Shown piece after piece: positions 9,317 through 18,896 of a stretch of DNA of 64,000 nt (the stretch's first letter is position 1; each line of letters opens with the position of its first letter). Below the pieces are notes generated by a model. That model saw only the letters and a list, made by a program, of their open reading frames with translations, searched no databases and was not told the DNA's origin. Source of the DNA: a virus. The position numbers and the translations under genes are program-made. The stretch spans positions 1 through 64,000 of the IMG/VR virus record IMGVR_UViG_3300033388_002987; one strand, written 5' to 3'.

Positions 9317-9821
9317 GGGATATTTTTAGATTTTGTGAGGGGAGTGCAGTATATGTCCCAAAATCTTACTATCCTGCCTACACCCCCCGGTGCCTACAGC
9401 TCAAGGGGGACCCATTATTTCTGCCCTTAACTATTATCTCTCCTCTCATCCAGTACGCTCCTTCGTACCTCAGTTGCTCCTACCAATAGCAATGAGAGAT
9501 GCTCTCTCAAACTCTGCGCTCCTTACTCAAGTAGTGATAGACATAGCCATAGTGTGTATAGGCATGTACTTTTACTTTAGTAATGATAGTCAATCTATAT
9601 ATAAGGATTTACCATGATACCAATCTGTAACCACTTACTAATAGAGATATCAGTACTAATACTTTCTATAACTACTTCAGTGCTTGTACTACAGCTCTAT
9701 TAAACTACCTTGAGGGATTTAAACACCTCACTCCGTTGACGCTGATATGGCTACGGCCACTAAAAATAAGTTGTACTATAGTACATTAACTCAACACAAC
9801 AAACATCCGTAGGAGGATTAT

Positions 9822-10169
9822 ATGACATACGAAAGAAAAGTGGGCTTCTTTGGCTCTATCAAAGCATTAGGTACAAATACAGTTAAAGGTGCAGACCTTG
9901 TAGTAAACGACGCAATCGGTATTACTACAGACATCACAGGCGGTACTCGTGTAGTATCAACTGTTGCCCGTCAAGCTATGAGTATTTGGGGAGACAACCT
10001 ACTTGCAGATTTAGAAGCTGATAAAGCTATTGACGGTATCCACCGTGAAATAGCTAGTATCCAACAAACTAGTGAGTTAGACGCTTTAAAAGCAGAACTT
10101 GCTAAGGCAAAAGTAGTCCAAGGTCGCCCAAAAGGGTCAAGAAATAAACCTACGGAAAAGGTAGCATAA
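9822..10169 (+). CDS. first early protein (amphipathic; paralog of 24247)
   Basis: AGGAGG RBS; LEADKAIDGIHRE aligns with LKTDNVVDTAHRK. Confidence 0.7.
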   Translation: MTYERKVGFFGSIKALGTNTVKGADLVVNDAIGITTDITGGTRVVSTVARQAMSIWGDNLLADLEADKAIDGIHREIASIQQTSELDALKAELAKAKVVQGRPKGSRNKPTEKVA

Positions 10170-10246
10170 TGCCTGAAGTAGATTATCCAGACTTCCCAAC
10201 ACCTTCGGTGTTGTGGGACGAACAAAACTAAACTGAAAGGTTCACT

Positions 10247-10396
10247 ATGAAAACTGTAGTAATTAAATATAAACTGCACAATAAGACTTACAAAGTTCGT
10301 GTTGCTTATAGAAATTCTGCACATATCATAGCAGGACTTTTAGTAGCAGGTGCTAAGGTAACTGCAGTGGGCGAATCAATCGTCCCGAAAGGTTAA
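10247..10396 (+). CDS. hypothetical 49-aa protein
   Basis: Manual translation MKTVVIKYKLHNKTYKVRV...; AAAGG RBS. Confidence 0.5.
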   Translation: MKTVVIKYKLHNKTYKVRVAYRNSAHIIAGLLVAGAKVTAVGESIVPKG

Positions 10397-10398
10397 CG

Positions 10399-10506
10399 AT
10401 GAACTACCTAGAAATATTCAAACAATTCCACAAGCGTTTCCCTAACGGGACAGTTAGTGACTTCGCTCACTATTTAAATGCTCTTAAGAGTATACAAAAA
10501 CTATAA
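10399..10506 (+). CDS. hypothetical 35-aa protein
   Basis: Manual translation MNYLEIFKQFHKRFPNGTVSDFAHYL... Confidence 0.45.
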   Translation: MNYLEIFKQFHKRFPNGTVSDFAHYLNALKSIQKL

Positions 10507-10522
10507 TCCTTAGGAGGATATC

Positions 10523-10840
10523 ATGGCATACCAAAATAATAAAACTCAAAGAGCAGTAATCTCAGCACCAGCTAACTCAGACGCAAAGCACAGAGACGCA
10601 GTCTTTGCAAGTTGCTACAACCACTTCAGTAAAGTATTAACACCAGAACTAATAATAGCAAACCGTAAGGCATGCTACGCTACTATCATCAACGCTAAAG
10701 ATACTAATGGTATTAAACTTGAAGCATTAGTAGGCTCAGTCCACGCTAAAGATATAACTGAAGCAGTAATAGACAGTATCACAACTACTATGTCTACAAT
10801 ACCTGCCGTAGAGTTACAATCATCTAACTACCAAACATAG
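10523..10840 (+). CDS. hypothetical early protein
   Basis: AGGAGG RBS, 105 aa. Confidence 0.7.
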   Translation: MAYQNNKTQRAVISAPANSDAKHRDAVFASCYNHFSKVLTPELIIANRKACYATIINAKDTNGIKLEALVGSVHAKDITEAVIDSITTTMSTIPAVELQSSNYQT

Positions 10841-10962
10841 TATCATGGACCAAACTATAATAGCTCTATATTTACAAGGCACATCACTACACACTCTTTC
10901 TAAAGATACAGGTGTCAGTATACATCGCATTATATCTTTGGTTCATCACCATCTTACTAAAT

Positions 10963-10990
10963 AGCTCCTTCGGGAGTTACCTTTTTTTTT
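10963..10990 (+). terminator. rho-independent terminator
   Basis: AGCTCC-TTCG-GGAGTT followed by T9. Confidence 0.85.
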
Positions 10991-11201
10991 CTCAAGAGCA
11001 CCCTAGTTCGCTTCGCTCACTTTCTTACTAGCACACTTAGCTCGTACCTCACCTCTCCTCAAGCACACTAGAAGACAGGACGCCGAAGGCAGAGTGTCTA
11101 CCTCACGCACAACTAACTAAATCTCCCAAGCTCTCTGTCAGTTCTAGCTTTTACTTTAGTCATGATTACATCTTCAAATAATTTAACCATAAAGGATTTA
11201 C

Positions 11202-11426
11202 ATGAATAAACTACTAACACTAGCAATAGCTCACATTAAGGGAACTAGTGGGCTTACGCACGCTATGTTCACTCAGCCCTTTGACAAGGCCTTAAAGGAC
11301 TCATCATTAGCAGATAAGCGTCAGCTTATCAGCGTATTAAGCAAGACATTAAAGGATAGTCAAGACATCGATACAATCCGTACAGCGTCAGCTGTTCGGG
11401 ATATGACATTAAGGGCACTTCGTTAG
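11202..11426 (+). CDS. hypothetical early protein
   Basis: AAGGA RBS, 74 aa. Confidence 0.6.
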   Translation: MNKLLTLAIAHIKGTSGLTHAMFTQPFDKALKDSSLADKRQLISVLSKTLKDSQDIDTIRTASAVRDMTLRALR

Positions 11427-11607
11427 AGTCCATATAAAGCTCTTGAAGCCTTCGACTTCAATAGTGAGGTCAGACGTAGTCTGAGCGAAGTTATTGCCTT
11501 TAAGGGGTAGTAATGGGGCTCTGGGAGGCACAAGTGCTGTACTCCTACAACATCCCAACCAAACTCCAACACAATATACAACAAACTCGATACAATCAAT
11601 GTACATA

Positions 11608-11635
11608 TTAAGCTTACTTCAAGCCTAAGTACAAT
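11608..11635 (+). promoter_or_regulatory. sigma70-type promoter (Campylobacterota-like)
   Basis: TTAAGC-N16-TACAAT upstream of 11672. Confidence 0.55.
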
Positions 11636-11671
11636 ACACTACCAAACCAATAAATGACATAAAGGCCTTTC

Positions 11672-12145
11672 ATGTACTACCAACTAATACAACAAGACAT
11701 TATAGTAGCCACTGATAAGAAATGGCTTAAACGCCATGAGTACCATTCAATGGCAATAAAACTATACGGCGTACTAGCTAAACAACAGGAACCTCTTGAC
11801 TTATCAGATGAAACAATGACGAACACTTGTGTAACATCTAAAGTAACTTACCAAGAAGCCAAGCGTCAGCTTGTCTACTCTGGACTACTAGAGATACACA
11901 AGATAAACTCTACTACAATAGTATTCGTACTAGGGGATAAAGCAATACGCTCTTACGCTAGACGTATACTAGCTAAAGAAGACCAACGCCTTACCCGTAA
12001 AACAATAGAAAGCCTAGAGCTCCCTGGTTCAACTGAGCCTTTAGAAGAGGATGATACTATGTCAGTCTATACCAACGAGGACTTACAAGCCTTATACGAT
12101 AAAGTACAAAGGCCTAAGCCCTTAGACTTACTAGACATTCTATAG
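11672..12145 (+). CDS. hypothetical protein, possible winged helix
   Basis: 157 aa; TYQEAKRQLVYSGLLEI resembles a wHTH recognition helix and wing. Confidence 0.55.
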   Translation: MYYQLIQQDIIVATDKKWLKRHEYHSMAIKLYGVLAKQQEPLDLSDETMTNTCVTSKVTYQEAKRQLVYSGLLEIHKINSTTIVFVLGDKAIRSYARRILAKEDQRLTRKTIESLELPGSTEPLEEDDTMSVYTNEDLQALYDKVQRPKPLDLLDIL

Positions 12146-12342
12146 CCAAGTATCGCCTTGGGAACTCTAGACAAACTTCGTTTGTCTTTAGCAATACAAC
12201 ACCATGTGTTATATAGTAAGATAGAAGACCATAGTAAAAGAGGCAAATACAGCCTTAAATCTACCAGTCTCACGGGGTTTAACCGTGTACAACTAAACTA
12301 ACCAAAAGGCACGGGAAACCGTGTACTATTAAAGGAGATACA

Positions 12343-12663
12343 ATGACAATACTAGGATTTCACCTATGTAATACAGAGGATGTGTACGACATGTCTTTCC
12401 AAACATACCGTGGTAAACAAGTACGATACGAAGTAGACACTCACCGTGTCTGTACAGAATGTGGAAAGATGGAGAAGTTTGTCTACGGATATGACTGTTG
12501 GTGGGAAGAGCTTAGCTCAATACGAGCAAAAGTACTTATAGTAGACTTAATAGTAATGAATGGTAAATACTATTTAAAAGACTACAATAGTTCTGTAGAT
12601 AAATCTACTATAAAACCAAGAAGTCCGGCTTACGCTCCTATACTACAACAACCTCAGCACTAA
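12343..12663 (+). CDS. hypothetical protein (CxxC)
   Basis: AAGGAG RBS. Confidence 0.6.
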   Translation: MTILGFHLCNTEDVYDMSFQTYRGKQVRYEVDTHRVCTECGKMEKFVYGYDCWWEELSSIRAKVLIVDLIVMNGKYYLKDYNSSVDKSTIKPRSPAYAPILQQPQH

Positions 12664-12847
12664 GGAACTGTATGAAAACTAAGGTACACCAAGTCTTCCA
12701 CATGGACAAATACGGTAAACACCACATCAGCTACTTCTACAGCACAGTCACAGAAGCTAAACGCTTCAGAAGTAAATGTCAAGCCTCTGGTATGACTCAT
12801 GTAATGGTTAAGAGCCGTTACTAAAAAATTGACATAAAGGAAATCCT

Positions 12848-13069
12848 ATGCAACAACTCCACGACCTACCTTACTTCAAGCCTCACGGCTCTAGTAAGAT
12901 ACACAGGAAACAATACCATAACGGTACAGGCATCCTAATAATAGACAACAACGGCCTCTACGAGTCCGTAGTACACACTCCCACAAAACCAGATATTATT
13001 ACTAGTAAACAAACACTTGAGCAAGTTAACACCTTGCTAGAGCAACTTCATAAGGATAATCATGAGTAA
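12848..13069 (+). CDS. hypothetical protein
   Basis: AAGGA RBS; overlaps next ORF. Confidence 0.6.
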   Translation: MQQLHDLPYFKPHGSSKIHRKQYHNGTGILIIDNNGLYESVVHTPTKPDIITSKQTLEQVNTLLEQLHKDNHE

Positions 13070-13274
13070 CTTTATAATACTGTCACTACTAGACCACACT
13101 AGTTCAGAAGTTGCTATCCGTAAAGATTTAATAATCCGCCTATGGAAAAACGGCAACACCACTCATGTATATTACCTATCAACACCTAAAAGTACTACAA
13201 CCTTAGATATTACAGTGGCTAAACCACTAGAAGAAGTACTTAAGCTTCTAGACACAACCAAATCCCTACCATAA
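13062..13274 (+). CDS. hypothetical protein
   Basis: AAGGA RBS. Confidence 0.6.
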   Translation: MSNFIILSLLDHTSSEVAIRKDLIIRLWKNGNTTHVYYLSTPKSTTTLDITVAKPLEEVLKLLDTTKSLP

Positions 13275-13623
13275 GGAAACAATATGAAAATGTACACCAA
13301 AACATCCCGTTCACTTCGCCCAAGACACGCCCATAAACCGGCTCAGCCTATTAAAACTAGAGCAGAAATGCTTACTAATGGCAAGTTTACAGTAATTAAA
13401 ATAAAGGCTTAAGATGACTGGAGTTTACCTACTATTAACAGCAATCCCACTACTAATAATAGCTTTAGGCTGTATCCTTTACTGGGGAATTAAGTATAGT
13501 AAAGATGAGGACTTATACCCTTAGAGTAATTCTATGGTACCTAACACTTAAAGTTATCCTTAACAGGACCAAATGTATACCTGAAGACACTTCGTGGCTT
13601 CTACCTACCTTAAAAGGGTTCAC

Positions 13624-13974
13624 ATGAAAAGTATAAGCATTAAAACAAAAGCACAAATAATTACTCAATATAATATCACCGCCGATGATTACGTTGCCTA
13701 CAACCTGGCTCAAGCTACTAGACAGCGTACTAACCTTATACATTACCACCACGGCACAGCTCTTAGAAACATGTCTAATGGTAAGAAACAAGTCACTACC
13801 TTTAAAATGCTAGGCAATCAATACACTACTAACCATAATCGTACTAAACAATATTGCCTTGATGCTAAATGGAAACCAATACCTTTAGGAGTATTTACTA
13901 GAGCTATGATGGTACTACGTGGTAATGTGCACAAACTAAACCCAGCTAAGAAAGCCATCCTGGCGGGAATATAA
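13624..13974 (+). CDS. hypothetical basic protein
   Basis: ORF track start 13594; ATG at 13624 preferred for RBS spacing. Confidence 0.55.
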   Translation: MKSISIKTKAQIITQYNITADDYVAYNLAQATRQRTNLIHYHHGTALRNMSNGKKQVTTFKMLGNQYTTNHNRTKQYCLDAKWKPIPLGVFTRAMMVLRGNVHKLNPAKKAILAGI

Positions 13975-13983
13975 GGAATAACA

Positions 13984-14265
13984 ATGACCGACAGTAACAA
14001 ACACGAAGAACTGCTCAAGCACTTCACAGCTCACGCTGGCTACAAGCTTGACGACTACTACGGAGTTACAATGATGACCGTGAAGAAGGACAGGTCCTTC
14101 TCCATTCAGCTCCAATACGGCTATAACAAACGAGCTCAAAACTCAAGTAGCTTAATAGTACATGGTATTACTAAGGCATTAGATGTATATAGAATACTAA
14201 TGAACTTTGCGGTACAATTACCATTGCAAAGTAAAACGCCTGATTTAAGCTTTATGGAGGAATAA
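13984..14265 (+). CDS. hypothetical protein
   Basis: AAGGA RBS. Confidence 0.6.
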   Translation: MTDSNKHEELLKHFTAHAGYKLDDYYGVTMMTVKKDRSFSIQLQYGYNKRAQNSSSLIVHGITKALDVYRILMNFAVQLPLQSKTPDLSFMEE

Positions 14266-14595
14266 ATGTCTAAACAATGCTGGCCTAAAAAGCCTATACG
14301 TAACAGGAAAGGTGTATACCTTCTCTATAATAAAGATGAGATAGTTTATGTTGGTAAGTCCCATAAATGTATGGCAAATAGACTAACTGATCACCAACGT
14401 AGTAATAAAGTATTTACTAAAGTGCATGCTTTTATTATAGAAAATGACGCCAATCTAGCAGTTGCTGAAATATACCTAATAGGTAAGTACAAGCCTAAGT
14501 ATAACGAGGAATCCATGACAACCGATGAGCTAACTATACACATAGATAATTTAGATAAAATTATACATGAAGAGGTTATCCTCCGTCCTTACTAG
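14266..14595 (+). CDS. GIY-YIG nuclease-domain protein
   Basis: KGVYLLY...VYVGKS...R...H...E.YLI..YKPKYN. Confidence 0.85.
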   Translation: MSKQCWPKKPIRNRKGVYLLYNKDEIVYVGKSHKCMANRLTDHQRSNKVFTKVHAFIIENDANLAVAEIYLIGKYKPKYNEESMTTDELTIHIDNLDKIIHEEVILRPY

Positions 14596-14966
14596 TTGCC
14601 TCATTCTGCCATGGGGGATATTGGGTCTACTACCTTACCAGTACCCTTACCTAATACCTATACCAGTATACCTATAATACCTGTACCAATACCTCTTTAT
14701 ATTACTTTCTAAAACAGTCATGGGCTTACTAGCCTCAATATCTTCTACTTTAGTAATGATTTACTAATTAAACTTAAAGGATACTTATGGACATCTTCAA
14801 CTTAGGACTAGCACTTATGCTAATACTTCAGGCAAATAATATGCTTAGAACCGATTATCATAACATATTAACATCTATTATAAGCTATATCCTAACACTA
14901 ATGCTAGCGACACTAAGCGCGTTCAACGCAGATATATACATCACATCACTAATACAAGGATAACCA

Positions 14967-15218
14967 ATGAGCTTCAAAGAAAAACCAACTGCAAAGCAGT
15001 ATAAAATAGTAATGACTTCACCTAATGGTAACACAGTTGCATTTGTAAACCTTACCAAGCAATTCTCAAAGGTAGCTGGTATCACAGAGAATACTACTGC
15101 TGAACAAGTTAATGATATGGTAATAAACAAGCAGACTATGATTGACTACTTGTACACTTTAGACATGTCAATTGAAGAAGTTGAAGAAACTCAACAAGTT
15201 TCTATAGATAATTTCTAA
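14967..15218 (+). CDS. small protein with acidic-Phe C-terminus (paralog family A)
   Basis: Aligns by eye with 16183 and 23257; ends VSIDNF. Confidence 0.65.
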   Translation: MSFKEKPTAKQYKIVMTSPNGNTVAFVNLTKQFSKVAGITENTTAEQVNDMVINKQTMIDYLYTLDMSIEEVEETQQVSIDNF

Positions 15219-15307
15219 CCATTTACCACATTTTCACCATAGGTGGAAAGTGGATGGCCTTCAATACGAGCTCTAAAAAATACTTCAACTAATCTCAAAG
15301 GACTAAT

Positions 15308-15751
15308 ATGCCCGAAACTCTATTAAAAATAGCGAGAGAGTACGACTCTGAAGCAGAATTTCGTGAGAAAAACCTGCCAAAGTACTTACTTGCAAAAAAG
15401 AAGATGTTATTAAGACAAGCTTTTCCAGAGCAAGTAGTAAACCCTAAAAATGACATAAAGGGAATTTACTACCTCTACAAAGGTAACAAAGTTGTCTACA
15501 TTGCTCAATCAGTAAACTGCTTAGAAGCAATTAACACACATACCGAAGATACTATGACATTCGATAGCTACCGTATCTTCCAACCATCAAGTGACTCAGA
15601 CCGTGCGGTCTTAGCACTTTACTTAGCCAACAAGTACCGTCCACGGTACAATACTAATATAGGCATCAATGAATTATCATTTGATATACCTAATGTAAGT
15701 ACTATCCTTGGCAAAGATATAAAAGGAACAATATGTTTAAAAGATTATTAA
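15308..15751 (+). CDS. GIY-YIG protein with one N-terminal DNA-binding repeat
   Basis: KGIYYLY...VYIAQS; conserved Arg and Glu appear replaced (possibly inactive). Confidence 0.7.
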   Translation: MPETLLKIAREYDSEAEFREKNLPKYLLAKKKMLLRQAFPEQVVNPKNDIKGIYYLYKGNKVVYIAQSVNCLEAINTHTEDTMTFDSYRIFQPSSDSDRAVLALYLANKYRPRYNTNIGINELSFDIPNVSTILGKDIKGTICLKDY

Positions 15752-16182
15752 TAACCGCCCTATTTATTCCAGCCATAACGGCATGCATTATAGGAATTAT
15801 ACTAAGCATGATGTTATGCCCATTAACTTATATACTACTCAATATATCACTTGATGAGCTTTTAGAAGAAGTAGTGAGTCATACATTAGAACCAGTGATG
15901 GAACTATAATGGCCATCATAAGAACATACAATAGTAAGACAGGCAGATATGAAGTAGACAGGCCTAAGTTTATCTTTACCAACGCTCAGGCACAAGTACT
16001 AGCCTCTCAAGTAGCTAAACTATCTAAACGAGTTGCTACTCTTGAAAAAACTAGCCATACTCATTAACTTTTACTAAAGCTATGAAATAGCAAAGGCACT
16101 CTCAGAGTGTCTTATGGTGTCTCATCAGTCGCTTAAGTCAGCTCACACAACCAACCCACCATTCCGTAGGAGGAAACAACCC

Positions 16183-16437
16183 ATGTCATTCGAAACTAAC
16201 AAATCAAACAAGAACAAAGCTCAATTCACAGCAAGACTAGTATCAAAAGTATCAGGTAAGGCATTCGGCTTCTTCAACCCAACTCCAGAGTTCTGTCGTG
16301 CAGTTATGGGTAAAGATATTACTGAAGTAACTGCTGAAGAACTTATTGTTAAGACTATCTCACTATTACAGCAGTCAGAACTTGTTATCACAGATACTAC
16401 CGTACCATTAGAAGTAGTCTCTCCAGACGCGTTCTAA
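16183..16437 (+). CDS. paralog family A protein
   Basis: ATG 16183 after TCCGTAGGAGGA; QFTARLVSK; ends SPDAF. Confidence 0.7.
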   Translation: MSFETNKSNKNKAQFTARLVSKVSGKAFGFFNPTPEFCRAVMGKDITEVTAEELIVKTISLLQQSELVITDTTVPLEVVSPDAF

Positions 16438-16520
16438 TGTTGCCTATTAAGATACCAGACGCTCCACTAGCTTTAGCAGTACTAGCAATACTACTTTACT
16501 TACTAATACAAGGGAAATAA

Positions 16521-17114
16521 ATGTACTCAACTCAATTACTTACAGAAGCAACCCTAGGTAAGCACAACATAACGGACTGGGTCCGTGATGAAATAGCTTC
16601 AATCAGACAAGAAGATATAGACTCAGCCCTTAATAGAGCTCAGTTATTCCTTACAAAAGAACGCTCAGATCTTGAACAAAAAGGCCGTGTAGAAGAGCTA
16701 CTGCTAATATATGGATTACAAGACGCGTGCCAACTTATAGTAGATTCTCTACTAAAAGCAGTAATACTTATCAAGCCAGACTTATTAATGCGTGGAGGTA
16801 AAGAAGTAGCCTTTCCAGGTGTTGCACCTATACAAGCTATTGCTACACAAATAGGCCTTGCACTACACCACGACCAAATAGACGCAGTACAAACAGGCAT
16901 CGAAATCCTCTCCGAGTTTAACGACATGGGTATCTTCGAAGTTCGTGTCGTAAAAGAGGCAGACCGTGCCGTTAACCAAAATGGCCATGTAGAAGTTCAT
17001 GGAGACTCAGCAGTAGTAATACCAAGTATGAGAATCTCAGTAGAGTTATATAGTAAGATTAATGCAACTCAATATCTACCACCAATGCTTGTAAAGCCGT
17101 TGGATTATACTTAA
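16521..17114 (+). CDS. RNA polymerase II fragment 1 (N4 gp15 N-terminal part)
   Basis: IATQIG..DAVQTGIEIL and YLPPMLVKP match the N4-type RNAP small-subunit pattern. Confidence 0.75.
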   Translation: MYSTQLLTEATLGKHNITDWVRDEIASIRQEDIDSALNRAQLFLTKERSDLEQKGRVEELLLIYGLQDACQLIVDSLLKAVILIKPDLLMRGGKEVAFPGVAPIQAIATQIGLALHHDQIDAVQTGIEILSEFNDMGIFEVRVVKEADRAVNQNGHVEVHGDSAVVIPSMRISVELYSKINATQYLPPMLVKPLDYT

Positions 17115-17122
17115 GGATTAAC

Positions 17123-17938
17123 ATGAGCAAAAGAGTAACTAGCCACCTATTAACGAAAGATATCGACTCTTTAATACTAGGCCGTGGTAATGACATAGGT
17201 CAACACATCAACAAGAACGCTATCAATAGACTACAATCAGTCCCTTGGTCTATCAATGAAGAAATCCTACCATTCCTTCACGATACTCTTAAGCCATCAG
17301 AGGAAACTCTAACAGTATTCGAAACCACTGAACGCCTAAAGGCGTACAAGCTTCGTGACAAAGAGACAGACAATACCATTGACTACCTCTTAGAAAATGG
17401 TAACCAGTTTTACTTCGGCTGGAAATTTGATAAAAGAGGGAGGCAATATTCTCAAGGCTACCACATCAACCCACAAGGGAACGAATATCGCAAAGCAATG
17501 TTATCCTTTGCTAACAAGAAACTACTTACAGTAGAAGGCATGGGATACCTTAAAATAGACATCGCAAACTGCATGGGCTATGACAAGCTCACTTGGTTCG
17601 CTCGTAAAATGAAAGCAGGTGCTATCATTGCAGATGTTTTCAAAGACGGTCGCTCAACAGACCGTAAAATCCGTGAGTATTCAGAACAAGCTGATACTCC
17701 TCTACTCTTCATCAAAGCTATGTACGCTTGGAAAGAGGGAGTTATCAACGGCAACCCTATAGGACACAATATGGGTCTAGATTCGACGGCATCGGGTTTA
17801 CAGTACCTTAGTGCATTAAGCGGTTGCTGTGTAACTGCTCGTCATGCGAATGTACACGCCTTAATTGAGAGAACTTATACGGAAGAAGCGCAGAATCGTT
17901 TAGAGGAGTTAGAGGCAGAACTAAAACTTCTAGATTAA
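17123..17938 (+). CDS. RNA polymerase II fragment 2 (DxxGR and motif A)
   Basis: DKRGRQYSQGYHINPQG; YLKIDIAN; LDSTASGLQ (catalytic motif A). Confidence 0.92.
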   Translation: MSKRVTSHLLTKDIDSLILGRGNDIGQHINKNAINRLQSVPWSINEEILPFLHDTLKPSEETLTVFETTERLKAYKLRDKETDNTIDYLLENGNQFYFGWKFDKRGRQYSQGYHINPQGNEYRKAMLSFANKKLLTVEGMGYLKIDIANCMGYDKLTWFARKMKAGAIIADVFKDGRSTDRKIREYSEQADTPLLFIKAMYAWKEGVINGNPIGHNMGLDSTASGLQYLSALSGCCVTARHANVHALIERTYTEEAQNRLEELEAELKLLD

Positions 17939-18061
17939 ATCTCTGGGCAACTTTTTGCACACAACTTTCAGAATTTAGGCCTTTCAAATCCCTATAAATA
18001 GGCATTCACTTTTCAGAGAGTTCTCTGGAGTTTACGTCAGTTAAATAATGTAGGTACCTAA

Positions 18062-18092
18062 TAAGGCATATTTAAGGTACTTACTGTATACT
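18062..18092 (+). promoter_or_regulatory. promoter of endonuclease gene
   Basis: TAAGG..TTAAGG..TG-TATACT, then AAGGAG RBS. Confidence 0.5.
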
Positions 18093-18125
18093 ACCACATT
18101 CAAACAGACACAAAAAGGAGAGTAC

Positions 18126-18881
18126 ATGGCAAAACTAATATGGACAGAGGATAGTATAAGGGTAGAAGCCTTAAAATATTCTACATTTGTAGAATTTAAT
18201 AAAGGGGCTCCAGGAGCATATAGGAAAGCTCAGCGAGATAAGTCTATTAAGAGGCTAGCACCACATTTAGTAGCTTCTACATGTATAAAGTACACAGATA
18301 CTGATATACATAATGTAGCCCTAAAGTTCAAGACTAAGAAAGAGTTTGAACTGGCAGAATCATCTATTTATAGTATTATGCACCAACGTAAAATAGTGGC
18401 ACAATGTTGTTCCCATATGACTGGACTAACATTATGGAATGAAGAATCAATCCGTGCAGAAGCTCTAAAATATACAACTCGTAAAGATTTTAAAGCCAAC
18501 GGTAAAGGAGCTGTAGGAGCATCCGTACAACTTGGTATATATGATGAAATTTGTGCACATATGAAGGCTAAGCCAAAAGCATTAGCTCCTTCTAACTTAA
18601 AAGGTATATATTTATTGTATAAAGATACAAATATAGTATATGTAGGTAAATCAAATTGCTGTATGCTTAGTCGTATACGCTCACATAAACAGGATAAGGA
18701 GTTTAATACAGTTGAATTTTATGAAATTGCAAATCAACCAGACATAGATGTTATAGAGTTATACCTTATTAACTTATACAGCCCTATACACAATAAGGAA
18801 TCTAATAGTAATGGTATTCTAACTGTAACTATAGATAATATAGATAATGTAGTCACTAAGAAAAGTGTCTACGAGATATAA
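18126..18881 (+). mobile_element. free-standing GIY-YIG homing endonuclease with three N-terminal ~45-aa repeats
   Basis: Repeats W..ESIR.EALKY.T..EF...H[ML]; C-terminal KGIYLLY..YVGKS..R..H..E..N. Confidence 0.85.
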
Positions 18882-18896
18882 TCCGTAGGAGGAATC

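Noticed and set aside
9390-9617. 75-aa ORF in the terminus region
   Set aside because: GTG start without RBS within low-complexity sequence.
10330-10480. Ribozyme-like hairpins (CCC-GAAA-GG, AGTGA..TCACT)
   Set aside because: Explained by two small ORFs (10247, 10399); no hammerhead or twister core found.
17939-18896. Group I intron around the GIY-YIG gene in the RNAP
   Set aside because: No P/Q/R/S elements, only 15 nt between the endonuclease stop and the next ATG, and fragment 3 has its own strong RBS.
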